This document shows, piece after piece, positions 27,387 through 38,089 of a DNA stretch of 64,000 nucleotides (position 1 is its first letter; each line of letters starts with the position of its first letter). The notes beneath the pieces are model-generated. The model did no database searches and had not been told where the DNA came from. It was given only the letters and a program-made list of their open reading frames with translations. Position numbers and translations under genes: made by a program. The stretch is from Acidobacteriota bacterium (lineage in GTDB: Bacteria > Acidobacteriota > UBA6911 > RPQK01 > JAJDTT01): NCBI GenBank assembly GCA_965263035.1, contig OZ253580.1, positions 5,408,001-5,472,000 of the forward strand, in the 5' to 3' direction.

Positions 27387-29144
27387 ATGACACGCACGTG
27401 GACACTGCGGGAGCCGAAGCCCGAGGCGGTTCGGACTCTGACCTCCGAACTGGACGTGTCGGTGCTGACGGCTCGCCTGCTGGTAAACCGCGGCATCCAG
27501 GATCCGGATGATGCCCACCGTTTTCTCCATCCCCGGTTCGAGAATCTTCATGACCCCTTTCTCATGAAGGACATGGACAGGGCGGTGCCGCTCATCTGGC
27601 AGGCTCTCGAGGGGAAGAAACGGATCATGGTCCACGGAGACTACGATGTGGACGGGATCACCTCGAGTCTGATCCTGAAGCGGGCTCTTGAGATTCTCGG
27701 TGGCCGCGTCGCCATCCATATCCCCAGACGGCTCAAGGACGGATATGGGATTCGAACCGGCTTCGTGGAACGGTGCCACCGGGACGGCGTGGGATTGCTG
27801 GTGACCTCGGACTGTGGAATTCGTGCCTTCGAAGCGTGCGGCCGGGCGCGCGAGTTGGGCCTCGACGTTCTGGTGTGCGATCACCACCTGCCTTCCCCGG
27901 AACTTCCTCCGGCGCGTGCCATCCTCAATCCGCACCGTGCGGACTGTCATTACCCGGACAAGAACCTGTCCGCGGCAGGCGTCGTATTCAAGCTGGTGCA
28001 AGGACTCTTCAAGAAAGCCCAACGGGATCGGCTGCTGCCCCATTTCCTGAAAGTCGTGGCCCTGGGAACCGCGGCCGACATGGTGCCCCTGACCGGAGAG
28101 AACCGGATCCTGGTCAAACTGGGGTTGGAGGGCCTGGCCCAACCGCACAACGTGGGACTTCGGGCTCTGCTGGACGGCGCCGGAGTCTCCGGAGAGGTGG
28201 AACTCGACGACGTGGCCTTCAGGATCGCTCCCCGCATCAATGCGGTGACCCGAATGGGGGGCGGACCCGAGATCTTGGATCTTTTCGATACCCGGGACCG
28301 GTTGCGAGCCCAAGCGATCGTCCGGGACATGAACTCGAAGAACCGGGAGCGTCGGCGGCAGGAAGAGGCGATCATGGGGGAGATCCATGAGTGGGAGCGT
28401 AGCCGGCCAGAATTGTTCCGGAAGACCTTCATCGTCGTGGCCGGAAGGGACTGGCACCGGGGCGTGATCGGGATCGTCGCCTCGAGGGTTGCCAGGCGTT
28501 TCTTTCGACCTGCGCTGGTGCTCTCAATCGGGGAATCCGACTGTCAGGGTTCGGGGAGGAGCATACCCGGCTTTCATCTGTTGGAGGCATTGGAGGCGTG
28601 CGGCGATCTCCTCGACCGGTATGGCGGGCATGCGCAGGCAGTGGGTTGCTCCATGGAGGGAAGCGATTCTCTGGAAGACCGCCTCCTGAAACTATCGGAT
28701 CGACTCGATTCCCACGCCAGATCTGTGGTGTCACCAGAGGATCTGACGCCCTTGGTCTCATTGGACTCCTATTTGAGGGCGGACCACCTTTCGTTTTCGC
28801 TGTACCGGGATATCCAACGGCTTGCGCCATTCGGGGTAGGGAATCCGGTTCCCGTCTTTGCCACGAAGGGGTTGGACGTGACCGGCGGTCCTTGGGTATT
28901 GAAAAACAGGCATCTGAAGGTCCGTCTCGGCGCCAACGGAGCCGGTGTGGACGCCATCTGGTGGAAGAACGGGGATGCCGCTGCTACCATACCGAGAGGA
29001 TCGAAGATCGATGTGGCCTATACCTTGAACCGAAACGAGTACCGGGGCGTGGAGAGTCTGCTCATGACGGTCCAGGATCTGCGCACGCATCCGATCCCGT
29101 CTGATTCCGGGCAACCTCCGGCGCACGTCGTCACGGGCCCGTGA
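27387..29144 (+). CDS. recJ: ssDNA exonuclease RecJ
   Basis: HGDYDVDG, DCG, DHH, GTAADMVPL, GSGRS, GGHAQAVG, PFGVGNP. Confidence 0.96.
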   Translation: MTRTWTLREPKPEAVRTLTSELDVSVLTARLLVNRGIQDPDDAHRFLHPRFENLHDPFLMKDMDRAVPLIWQALEGKKRIMVHGDYDVDGITSSLILKRALEILGGRVAIHIPRRLKDGYGIRTGFVERCHRDGVGLLVTSDCGIRAFEACGRARELGLDVLVCDHHLPSPELPPARAILNPHRADCHYPDKNLSAAGVVFKLVQGLFKKAQRDRLLPHFLKVVALGTAADMVPLTGENRILVKLGLEGLAQPHNVGLRALLDGAGVSGEVELDDVAFRIAPRINAVTRMGGGPEILDLFDTRDRLRAQAIVRDMNSKNRERRRQEEAIMGEIHEWERSRPELFRKTFIVVAGRDWHRGVIGIVASRVARRFFRPALVLSIGESDCQGSGRSIPGFHLLEALEACGDLLDRYGGHAQAVGCSMEGSDSLEDRLLKLSDRLDSHARSVVSPEDLTPLVSLDSYLRADHLSFSLYRDIQRLAPFGVGNPVPVFATKGLDVTGGPWVLKNRHLKVRLGANGAGVDAIWWKNGDAAATIPRGSKIDVAYTLNRNEYRGVESLLMTVQDLRTHPIPSDSGQPPAHVVTGP

Positions 29145-29315
29145 ACGATCCATTTCGGTTTTCCGTCCAATTGGGAGCGGGTCAATAGGCCTGTCGTTTC
29201 GTTGGGCGGGGCGATTCGATGACCCCTCGGGGACGGCTTCGAATCGCGGCCGGAGCCGGGTAGCCCGCTGGCGTTTTGCGACGGGCCGAAAGGACTGCTT
29301 CAAACCGGACTCTCT

Positions 29316-31673
29316 ATGCGTCCCCGTTCCCTCAAACTCATCCGGCTGGTTCTGATAGTGGTGCTGGTGACGGCCATGGGGGCCGTGGTCTGGAGTTTTC
29401 TGACCCGGCGGGACGCGAGCCCGCCCTTGGTTCGGGAACGGCTGCTCTCTCCCGAGCTGCAGCAGCAGAGCACCGAATTCGAGCATACCCAGCACAAGGA
29501 AGGGCGAACGGTCTACAAGGTGGAGGCCGGGACCAGCACCCAGACGGTCAAGAGAATCCATCGTCTTTTTGGCGTGAAACTGACTCACTTTGGTCCGGAC
29601 GGAAGCGCCGCCGAGGAGATCTCGGGAAACGAAGGCATCTACCGGGTCGTCGATGAGGAGATCGAGTTCACCGGAAAAGTTCGAATTGAGCTTTCGGATG
29701 GGACCACGATCGAAGCGGATCGCCTGAAGGCCGACCTGGCCCGCAATGTGGTGGCCATCGAGGAAGGTTTTCGCTTCGAAATGGAGAAGCTCTCCGGCCA
29801 CGGCCGATCTCTCAGCTATGAGATCCGACGGAGCCGACTTCAGGTCGACGAAGAGTTCGAACTGAACATCAGGCAAGGGTCGGATCGGCTCCAGGTCACC
29901 GCGTCGAGGGCTTTGTACGATCTGGAGGATCGGCGGGTCGATCTCATGGACGGAGCTCACATCCGAGGTCCGCAGGGAGACTTGACCGCCGGGTACGTCC
30001 GGGTTTTTCTGACCGAAGACAGGGGCGTGGAGCGGATGTTCACCTCGCGTGGTGTTCGTCTGGTCCTGGATTCGGGCCGGTCCTTCACCGGTGAGTCCAT
30101 CCATCTGTTCTCCGACTCCGCAGACGGAAGGATCGAACGCTTCTACGTCTACTCAGGCAAAGCCACTCCGGAATCTCCCGAGCAGCGGGCCGTATACGAA
30201 GATCCCGAGACCTATCTGGAAGCGGACCGCATCGATGGCTTGGCCGGGATTCCGGGTTCGGATGAGCCTCGGTTCCTGGCGCACCGGCGTGTCGTCGTCC
30301 GTTCCCGGACGCTGGGGCTGGAAGAGGGGCGCGCCGACCGGTTGTCAGCTCGCCTGAGTCTTGAGCATCAGCGGCTCAAGTGGTTGGAGATGCGGGGAAA
30401 AACGTCACTGGTCGGACGCCTTCGAGACCTCGACGATTCTCGGAAGTCCATCCAGGGAGATCTGCTGGTTCTGGAGCTTGGCCCTGACGGAGTCCCGGAT
30501 CGTGCGACCGTTTCAGGGAATGCCGTGGCTTGGTCCCGAACCGGAGACGGGGCTTCGGCTCAGCTTCAAGCAGGACGAATGGACGCGTTCTACCGGGGTG
30601 GGGAACTGAAGAGGGTCGTTGCCACGCAACATCCGGTTCTGCGCCAGCAAGTTCCCGAAGGGGAACGGACAGTAGAGTCCGAACGCATGGAGGCCGTCTT
30701 CAAGGAGGGGGGCGTGTTGAGTGTTGCGGCCGTGGGCGGGGTCCATTGGACCATGAACTCGGAAATGATGCGGCGAGACGGGGAAAGCGAGAGACTCGAT
30801 CTTGGATTCTTGGGCCAGCAACTCCAGGATGCCCGAGGGCAGGGCCAGGTGGTCTATCGGGAAGAGAGACCTTCGGGGCGCCTTACCCTGACGGCGAACA
30901 ACGCGGCGTATGACCCGGGGCCGAACCTGTTCTCCTTTTCGGACCCCGAAGGTGCTCATCTGTATTACTCCAAGAATGCGATGGAAGGCGCGGGTTTCGT
31001 GGAGTCGCGGACTCGGGCGGACGGTTTTCGAGTGGACGCCGACCGGGGAGAGCTGTCTGCGGCCGGGGGAGTCCAGACCATCTTCAGTCGTCCCGGAAAA
31101 GAACCGGTCCTGATACAGGCTGAAAGTCTGGTGCTGGATTCCGGTGTCAAGTCGCTGTCCTACGCCGGAAATCCGCGGATCCTACGGCAGTCCTACCTGA
31201 TCCAGGGAAAGCTGATTCGTTTGGACTCCGTCGGCGAACGGCTGGAGGTTCAGGACGTGGACAGCACCTTTTGGGAACCTGGGGGAGATTCGGACCGCAG
31301 GTGCCGGATCCAGGCGCCCGAGCTCGTCTATGAGCGGAGCTCCGGCAAGGCGGCCTACAGGGGTGGAGTCCGGATGCAGTCCGGTGACTTCAAAGTGGAG
31401 TCCTCCCAGTTGGACCTGCTGCTGGACGATTCGCCTTCGAGCACCATTCAAAGCATTGCCGCGGGAGGTGAGGTCGAGATCCGGGAGGGCCACCGATGGG
31501 CTCGGGGAGATCGGGCGGTGTATCATCCGCAGGAGGGTCGCGTGGAGTTGACCGGAGAGCTCGTCGAGGTGGTGGAGCCGCTCCGCGGCAGCGCGTCCGG
31601 ACGGAGGGTGACTTTGTTCGTTGGAACCGACAAGATCGTGATCGATCAGCCGGCCTCGCTTCCGGCGCCGTGA
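29316..31673 (+). CDS. LPS export periplasmic bridge protein with LptC-like plus repeated LptA/OstA-like domains
   Basis: N-terminal TM anchor, beta-rich repeats, C-terminal ARGDRAVY..LTG; immediately upstream of lptB. Confidence 0.75.
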   Translation: MRPRSLKLIRLVLIVVLVTAMGAVVWSFLTRRDASPPLVRERLLSPELQQQSTEFEHTQHKEGRTVYKVEAGTSTQTVKRIHRLFGVKLTHFGPDGSAAEEISGNEGIYRVVDEEIEFTGKVRIELSDGTTIEADRLKADLARNVVAIEEGFRFEMEKLSGHGRSLSYEIRRSRLQVDEEFELNIRQGSDRLQVTASRALYDLEDRRVDLMDGAHIRGPQGDLTAGYVRVFLTEDRGVERMFTSRGVRLVLDSGRSFTGESIHLFSDSADGRIERFYVYSGKATPESPEQRAVYEDPETYLEADRIDGLAGIPGSDEPRFLAHRRVVVRSRTLGLEEGRADRLSARLSLEHQRLKWLEMRGKTSLVGRLRDLDDSRKSIQGDLLVLELGPDGVPDRATVSGNAVAWSRTGDGASAQLQAGRMDAFYRGGELKRVVATQHPVLRQQVPEGERTVESERMEAVFKEGGVLSVAAVGGVHWTMNSEMMRRDGESERLDLGFLGQQLQDARGQGQVVYREERPSGRLTLTANNAAYDPGPNLFSFSDPEGAHLYYSKNAMEGAGFVESRTRADGFRVDADRGELSAAGGVQTIFSRPGKEPVLIQAESLVLDSGVKSLSYAGNPRILRQSYLIQGKLIRLDSVGERLEVQDVDSTFWEPGGDSDRRCRIQAPELVYERSSGKAAYRGGVRMQSGDFKVESSQLDLLLDDSPSSTIQSIAAGGEVEIREGHRWARGDRAVYHPQEGRVELTGELVEVVEPLRGSASGRRVTLFVGTDKIVIDQPASLPAP

Positions 31674-31820
31674 CCCGTGCCCAACGGGACCCGCCGCGGC
31701 CTGAACAGGCTTTCCTCTGGACCGGGTGTCGGATTCCATCGGCCGCGGCTTTCTGCAAAACGTGAGCTGTCCCGGGCCGTATTGGCCACGGTTCGATAAA
31801 GTCTTTTTTTCCCGCTTCAA

Positions 31821-32567
31821 ATGGCCGAGGAGGGCATTCTGGACAAGGTTCTCGAGGCGCGGAGCCTCTGTAAATCATATCGGAGCAGGCAGATCGTCGC
31901 CGAAGTGAGCCTCACCATCTCATCGGGTGAGGTCGTGGGTTTACTGGGCCCCAACGGCGCCGGAAAGACGACCACCTTCTACATGATCGTGGGGCTGCTG
32001 GACCCCGACCGGGGTCAGGTTTTCCTGGGCGGCGAGGACATTACTCCGTTGCCCATGTACGTCCGGGCGCGGCGGGGGATCAGCTATCTTTCCCAGGAAC
32101 CTTCCGTGTTTCGCAGGCTTTCGGTGGAGGACAATCTGTACGCCATCGCCGAAACCCTGGATCTCCCTCATGGAGAATCGGATCAGTTGGTCAGCGAGCT
32201 GTTGGAAGAATTCGGGATCTCGGCCTTGAGGGAGCGTCCAGCCTACACCCTTTCCGGCGGCGAGAGACGACGTCTGGAAATTGCACGGGCGCTGGTCATC
32301 CGGCCTGACTTCATCTTGCTGGACGAGCCTTTTGCCGGAATCGACCCCATCGCCGTGTTGGATATCCAACGCATGGTCTCCCGTCTCCAGGCGCGGAGAA
32401 TAGGCGTACTGATCACCGATCACAACGTTCGCGAAACGCTTCGGATCACCGATCGAGCCTACATCATCACGGAGGGGAGAATCTTTCGATCAGGCACCCC
32501 GGATCTGCTCTCCTCCGATCCGGACGTGCGCAAAGTTTACCTGGGTGATCAGTTCCAGCTATACTGA
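31821..32567 (+). CDS. lptB: LPS export ABC transporter ATPase
   Basis: [38 protein letters not shown]. Confidence 0.96.
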   Translation: MAEEGILDKVLEARSLCKSYRSRQIVAEVSLTISSGEVVGLLGPNGAGKTTTFYMIVGLLDPDRGQVFLGGEDITPLPMYVRARRGISYLSQEPSVFRRLSVEDNLYAIAETLDLPHGESDQLVSELLEEFGISALRERPAYTLSGGERRRLEIARALVIRPDFILLDEPFAGIDPIAVLDIQRMVSRLQARRIGVLITDHNVRETLRITDRAYIITEGRIFRSGTPDLLSSDPDVRKVYLGDQFQLY

Positions 32568-32628
32568 GGCCAGTGGGCGCCAGTTGGACTGGCCTGATAC
32601 TTTCCTCCGCGCTACAGCGTGTCATTGT

Positions 32629-32794
32629 CAGCGGTCCGTGGTGAAAGTCCCGCGTAGCACCGACAACGGGTATGCGGCGGCAGGACAAGACGGGGCGAGG
32701 AAGCATACTCGATCGGAGGGAAGCGACGGCCGGCAATGACCACCGGGATGCTGGCCCGGCCGAATGACGTGCCGACTTTTGCTTCGGGCCGCCA
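32629..32794 (+). repeat. ~165-bp MITE-like element, family A (degenerate)
   Basis: CAGCGGTCCGTGGTGAAAGTCCCGCG...CGACTTTTGCTTCGGGCCGCCA; similar to the copy at 34271. Confidence 0.7.
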
Positions 32795-32827
32795 AGGGAA
32801 CCTGAACCGGAGCAACGCCGGAGTGTC

Positions 32828-34273
32828 ATGAGTCGACGCGCTCAATTGAAACCCTCCCTGGTACTCGGCCTTTCGCAACGCTTGGCCATCACTCCCTCGC
32901 TCCTCCAGAAGATTGAACTGCTCTCCGTCAACCAGTTGGAACTCTCTGAGATCCTCCAGCAGGAGTTGGAAGAGAACCCCTTGTTGGATGAGGTCTCGGA
33001 TCACTTCGAAGCAGGATCGGAGGCTTCGGAACGGACCCCTGAATCGGAGCAGGAACCGGGTTCCCTCGAGGAAGGAAGTCAGCTGGAGGACTTCGACTTC
33101 GAATATTTCTTCGGGGACTATCTGGGATCGAGTTACGAGCGGCAGGAGTTCGAACCTGTAGAACAGAAAGCTTCGTTCGACCAGTTTCTCTCGTCCTCCG
33201 ATTCTTTGTGGGATTACCTGAATTGGCAGTTGAACCTGAATGACATCGATTCGGATCTGCGGGAGGTCGCCTACTTCATTGTGGGCAACCTGGACGAGGA
33301 TGGCTACCTGACCCTCAGCTTGGAGGAGATCTGCCAGCAACTGCAGGTTTCGTCCGAGAGTGTCGATGCCGCTCTGGCGGCGGTTCAGGCCCTCGACCCG
33401 GTGGGCGTCGGGTGCCGGGACCTCCGCGAATGTCTACTGCTGCAGGCGAGAGCCGCAGGTTTGGAAGACTCTCTGGTGGGTGCGATGATTCGGGACTGCC
33501 TGCCATTGATCGAAGCCAGGAAATTCTCCGGCATACTGAATCGTCTGAAATGCGATCCGAAGGATCTGTCCCGCGTGCTGGAGTCGATTCGAGGCTTTTC
33601 GCCCCGGCCGGGGCAGAAATATGCCGCTACCCAACCGGTCTACGTACGGCCGGACGTACACATTCGCAAGGTTGGAGACGAGTACCAGATCAGTCTCAAC
33701 GACGATGGCCTGCCCAAGCTGAGAATCAACCGCTCCTACCGGAAGCTGCTTCGCAAGAACGGTGTCTCCAAGGAAACCAAGACCTTTATCCGCGAGCGAT
33801 TTCGGTCAGCCATCGATCTGCTGCGAGGGGTGGACCAGCGGGAGGAAACCATTTTCCGAGTCTGCCGCGTGATCGTCCGGCACCAGCACGATTTCATGGA
33901 ATCGGGCATCGGGAAGTTGAAGCCGTTGTTGATCAAGGATGTGGCCGATGAACTGGGGGTTCACCCGTCCACCATCAGTCGTGTCGTCGCCAACAAGTAT
34001 GCCCACACCCCGCAGGGCGTGATGCAGTTGCGCCGATTCTTCTCCGTGGGCGTGGAGCACGCCAACGGAGAGAACGTCTCCACCATGCAGGTGAAGGACA
34101 GGCTCAAAAACCTGATCCAGCAAGAGGATCCCAAGAAGCCCTTGTCCGACCAGAAACTCACCAACCTGTTGAACCGGGATGGGATCCGTATAACCCGTCG
34201 CACCGTCGCCAAGTACCGGGATCAGATGAGAGTTCCCGGGTCGCTCGCCAGAAAGAAGGCGAATCTGTTGTAG
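32828..34273 (+). CDS. rpoN: RNA polymerase sigma-54 factor
   Basis: Q/L-rich region I, ENPLL, HPSTISR, RpoN box RRTVAKYR. Confidence 0.97.
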   Translation: MSRRAQLKPSLVLGLSQRLAITPSLLQKIELLSVNQLELSEILQQELEENPLLDEVSDHFEAGSEASERTPESEQEPGSLEEGSQLEDFDFEYFFGDYLGSSYERQEFEPVEQKASFDQFLSSSDSLWDYLNWQLNLNDIDSDLREVAYFIVGNLDEDGYLTLSLEEICQQLQVSSESVDAALAAVQALDPVGVGCRDLRECLLLQARAAGLEDSLVGAMIRDCLPLIEARKFSGILNRLKCDPKDLSRVLESIRGFSPRPGQKYAATQPVYVRPDVHIRKVGDEYQISLNDDGLPKLRINRSYRKLLRKNGVSKETKTFIRERFRSAIDLLRGVDQREETIFRVCRVIVRHQHDFMESGIGKLKPLLIKDVADELGVHPSTISRVVANKYAHTPQGVMQLRRFFSVGVEHANGENVSTMQVKDRLKNLIQQEDPKKPLSDQKLTNLLNRDGIRITRRTVAKYRDQMRVPGSLARKKANLL

Positions 34274-34437
34274 CAGTCCGTGGTAAAAGTCCCGCGAGCA
34301 CCGAGACCGTTCCTGCGCCCGCCGGACCAGGCGCAACGGAGGGAGCATACCGGGAGTATGTGAGCCGAGTCGCAACGCAGTCCGCGCACGATGCAGGGAC
34401 GGTCGAATGCCGTGACGACTTTTGCCACGGGCTGGTA
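34271..34437 (+). repeat. ~165-bp MITE-like element, family A
   Basis: TIRs TAGCAGTCCGTGGTAAAAGTC / GACTTTTGCCACGGGCTGGTA; its first TAG is the rpoN stop. Confidence 0.85.
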
Positions 34438-34480
34438 ACCCTCGATTCCCACCGGGAGGGCCACAGGCGAGGCGTGAACC

Positions 34481-35473
34481 ATGCAGAATCATTCCGTGCC
34501 CTCGGTGACGGTTCGAAAGTTCCACGAGTCCGTGGATCAGACCCTGAACCTGGCGCTGGCCTCCAGCGCGGCCGGTTTGGACAACTCCATCACGTCTCCC
34601 AGAATTCAGAAGTTGGGCTTGGCCCTTTCAGGATACACCCGCTATCTGCACCGGGGACGAGTGCAGTTCGTCGGCCGCACCGAGATTCACTACATGGAGG
34701 ACTTGTCCTCGGAGCGCCGCCGGAAGGTTCTTGCCGACGCCTTCGACGTAGGACTCTGTTGCGTCCTGGTGACGACCGGATTGGCGCCGCCACCGGAGTT
34801 TTTGGCCGCGGCGGAGAAAGCGGCGACTCCGGTCCTCACGACGACGGCGCTCAGCTCCCAGGCCATCGTTGAGGTCACAGCGAATCTGCAGGAGCATCTG
34901 GCACTCACCCAGACCATCCATGGGGTTCTGGTGGAGCTCCTGGGACTTGGGGTCCTGCTGGTGGGGGAGTCGGGAATCGGGAAGAGTGAGTGTGCGCTGG
35001 ACCTGATCCTGAGGGGCCACCGCCTGGTCACCGACGATCTGGTGGTATTGAAGAGGTATTCGGGCGACATCCTGGTGGGGTCCGGTCCTCCGGATGTGCC
35101 CTTCCACATGGAATTGAGGGGCTTGGGCATCATCAACGTCAGGGATCTGTTCGGGATCTCCGTGCTCAGCCCGGCCCGGCCTGTCGATCTGGTGATCAAG
35201 CTGGAAAAATGGCCGGAGCGGGAGACTCGGGACCGTCTGGGACTGGAGGAAGAGAAGTATCGCGTACTGGGAGTGGATCTTCCGTTGATCACGATTCCGG
35301 TGGCGTCGGGACGGACTCTGGCGACCTTGGTGGAGGTGGCCGTCAGAATCCAGAAATTGAAGATGCAGGGATATAATCCCGCGCTGGAGTCGATTCGCCT
35401 TTTGGAAAGGCGTATTCAAGTACCGTGGGATCCAGGAGAGCAACCCCGAGCGGGGGATCGGGACAATGAATGA
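34481..35473 (+). CDS. hprK: HPr(Ser) kinase/phosphorylase
   Basis: HGVLV, GESGIGKSECAL, LVTDD, ELRGLGII. Confidence 0.96.
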   Translation: MQNHSVPSVTVRKFHESVDQTLNLALASSAAGLDNSITSPRIQKLGLALSGYTRYLHRGRVQFVGRTEIHYMEDLSSERRRKVLADAFDVGLCCVLVTTGLAPPPEFLAAAEKAATPVLTTTALSSQAIVEVTANLQEHLALTQTIHGVLVELLGLGVLLVGESGIGKSECALDLILRGHRLVTDDLVVLKRYSGDILVGSGPPDVPFHMELRGLGIINVRDLFGISVLSPARPVDLVIKLEKWPERETRDRLGLEEEKYRVLGVDLPLITIPVASGRTLATLVEVAVRIQKLKMQGYNPALESIRLLERRIQVPWDPGEQPRAGDRDNE

Positions 35474-35885
35474 AACGGAACGGACTCACATCGGAGGACT
35501 GGTCGTCACTCACGGGAGACTGGGCCATGAGTTGGTCGCCGCCGCGGAGATGATCGTCGGGGAGATTCCCCACATCCTGCCGGTTTCCATTGGTTGGCAC
35601 GACGACGTGGATCGGTCCCGGGAGGAGATCAAGGAAGCCATCATCAGCCTGAACCGTGGCGGCGGAGTCATCATCCTGACGGACATGTTCGGAGGGACGC
35701 CATCCAATCTGACCCTCGCCTTGTTGAAGAAGGGAGAGGTGGAAATCGTTACTGGGGTCAACCTGCCCATGATCATCAAGTTGGCCAATCAAACGGGCCA
35801 GGAGGACGTGAGCGTACTCGCGCGCCGGGTCCTGGAACAGGGGCAGAAACACATCGCGTTGGCCAGCGGGTTGCTGGGGGAATGA
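35466..35885 (+). CDS. PTS EIIA component, mannose/fructose type
   Basis: VVTHG, LTDMFGGTPSN, GVNLPM. Confidence 0.92.
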   Translation: MNETERTHIGGLVVTHGRLGHELVAAAEMIVGEIPHILPVSIGWHDDVDRSREEIKEAIISLNRGGGVIILTDMFGGTPSNLTLALLKKGEVEIVTGVNLPMIIKLANQTGQEDVSVLARRVLEQGQKHIALASGLLGE

Positions 35886-36157
35886 TCCGACGCGTCGTCC
35901 GGATCCGGAATCATCTGGGGTTGCACGCTCGCGCGGCGGCCAAGCTGGTGAAGACGGCGTCCCGCTATGACAGCGACGTCAAGCTCTCAAGGGTCGGTGG
36001 GGCCCAGCAGATCGACGGCAAGAGCATTCTGGGCATTCTCTTGTTGGCCGCCTCCTACGGCACCGAGCTGGAATTCACGGTTCGCGGGTCCGACGAGATC
36101 GAGGCCGCCGAGTCCATAGAGAGTCTGGTCAGGAACCGCTTTGGAGAGGAGAAGTGA
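35882..36157 (+). CDS. ptsH: Phosphocarrier protein HPr
   Basis: GLHARAAA, DGKSILGIL, GSDE. Confidence 0.95.
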   Translation: MIRRVVRIRNHLGLHARAAAKLVKTASRYDSDVKLSRVGGAQQIDGKSILGILLLAASYGTELEFTVRGSDEIEAAESIESLVRNRFGEEK

Positions 36158-36228
36158 AATCGCTGGGTTGATCAACGCGATTCGCTCCCGATAGGAAGAC
36201 TCGGGTCTTTGCTGTATTTTCGAGGGAA

Positions 36229-38031
36229 ATGGTGGAGAAGCTGCAAGCCAACGAATCCGGCCGGAGATTGGTGGGCACACCCCTGTCTCCAGGACTCGGG
36301 GCTGGAAGAGCGTATCGGATCGAGCAGCATGCGCCGGACTTCCATCGGCTGCATCTTTCTCCGGCCGAAGCGCCACGCGAGTTGGAGAGGCTGCAGGAAG
36401 CCCTGGCCAAGTCCCGAGACCAGTTGGTCCGGATCAAGGAACGATTCGAGCAACAGTTGGGCAAGGAGCACTCCTACATCATCGATGCCCATCGGCTGAT
36501 CCTTGAAGATCAGGAATTCCTGGACCAGATTCGATCCAAGATCAGGGATCATCTGTACGGTCCCGAGCGCGCAGTCTGGGAGGCCACAGAGGAGTGGCTG
36601 GCCGTGTTCCGCACTCTGACCGACCCCTTTTTCCGGGACCGTGGATCGGATCTGGAAGAAGTCGCGCGGAGGATCGTTGCCAACCTGGGTGAATCCGGGC
36701 CGCCCCGCAGGGAGGAAGAACCATCCGAGGACCTGATCCTTGTGGGCTCGGAAATCGGACTCTCGGATCTGGCCGGCTTTCCTCTGAGCCAGGTCAAGGG
36801 ACTGGTCTCGATGCGCGGGGGACAAACCTCGCATATCACCATCATCGCCCGGGTGCACCGTATTCCCGCCGTATCCGGCGTTCGGGAGGTCGAGGGCACC
36901 ATTCGGACTGGAGATGAAATGATCGTCGACGGCTCCGAAGGTATCGTTCTGGTGCAACCCTCGGCGGGAGAACGCCACAGCTTCCAGGTGTTGCTGCGCC
37001 AGCAGGAGCAACGTCGGAGTTCCCAGTTGCAGGGGGACTCCAGACCGTCCCGTACGGCTGACGGGAGGGTGGTCTCGGTGCTCGCCAACACCGACATGGA
37101 AGACGAAGCCACCGTAGCCTTCGGCTTGGGTGCGGAGGGAATCGGACTCTTTCGTTCCGAGTTCGTGTACATGGGTGAAAGGAGTGGCCCGGTCCGGTTC
37201 CAAGAGCAGTTGACCATCTATCGGCGGTTGGCCCGATTGACGGGGCGGCGACCGGCCGTGATCCGGACCTTGGACATGGGAACGGAAGATCACCCTTACT
37301 TTAGTCGGCTGGCGGGCGGGGGACCGGTATTGGGCCTCCGGGGCATTCGATTGAGTCTGGACCAACCCCATCTGTTTCGGGACCAGGTGCGAGCCATTGT
37401 CAGTGCCCGTACGGAGGGAAACCTGCGGATTCTGCTCCCCATGATCTCGAGTGCGGACGAACTGGTCACCGCCCGCGAGTTGATTCGGCAAGTGGAGCGG
37501 GAGGTGTCCAGAGAAACAGGCATTGAACCGGAATCGCCGATCCAAGTGGGTGCCATGATCGAGGTCCCTTCGGCCGTACTGGTTCTGGACGGAATCTGCC
37601 GGTATGCGGATTTCGTTTCGGTGGGCAGCAATGATCTGATCCAGTTCACTCTGGCGGTGGACCGATCCAGCGACGTCCTGTCTCCCCTATTCAACCCCCT
37701 CCACCCGGCCATCCTGAAGAGCTTGGAACGGGTGGCCAGAGTCGCGTCCGAGAATCGCATTCCCGCGTACGTCTGTGGCGAGGTCGCCGCACAGCCACTC
37801 TACGCGTACCTGCTCATCGGTATGGGTTTCCAACGGCTTTCCATGAATCCGTTCTCCATTCCGACGGTGAAGAAACGAATTCGAGAGATGGTCTACGAGG
37901 AAGCAAGGGAGCGAATTCAGGAGCTGTTGGAGTTCTCTACGATCAAAGAAGTCGAGAGGTTCGTGAAACGGGAGATGCCGTCGTGGGAGACCGTCGGTCA
38001 GGGATCGGGACCCCAGTTCGTGAAGAGTTGA
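36229..38031 (+). CDS. ptsI: PEP-protein phosphotransferase (enzyme I)
   Basis: GGQTSH, GIGLFRSEF, RTLD, LGLRGIR, GSNDLIQF, VCGE. Confidence 0.95.
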   Translation: MVEKLQANESGRRLVGTPLSPGLGAGRAYRIEQHAPDFHRLHLSPAEAPRELERLQEALAKSRDQLVRIKERFEQQLGKEHSYIIDAHRLILEDQEFLDQIRSKIRDHLYGPERAVWEATEEWLAVFRTLTDPFFRDRGSDLEEVARRIVANLGESGPPRREEEPSEDLILVGSEIGLSDLAGFPLSQVKGLVSMRGGQTSHITIIARVHRIPAVSGVREVEGTIRTGDEMIVDGSEGIVLVQPSAGERHSFQVLLRQQEQRRSSQLQGDSRPSRTADGRVVSVLANTDMEDEATVAFGLGAEGIGLFRSEFVYMGERSGPVRFQEQLTIYRRLARLTGRRPAVIRTLDMGTEDHPYFSRLAGGGPVLGLRGIRLSLDQPHLFRDQVRAIVSARTEGNLRILLPMISSADELVTARELIRQVEREVSRETGIEPESPIQVGAMIEVPSAVLVLDGICRYADFVSVGSNDLIQFTLAVDRSSDVLSPLFNPLHPAILKSLERVARVASENRIPAYVCGEVAAQPLYAYLLIGMGFQRLSMNPFSIPTVKKRIREMVYEEARERIQELLEFSTIKEVERFVKREMPSWETVGQGSGPQFVKS

Positions 38032-38089
38032 CCTCTTCGGATCATGACCGGTGCCGCATGGGGGTAAGACCACTTGGCGGTGAATCGCC

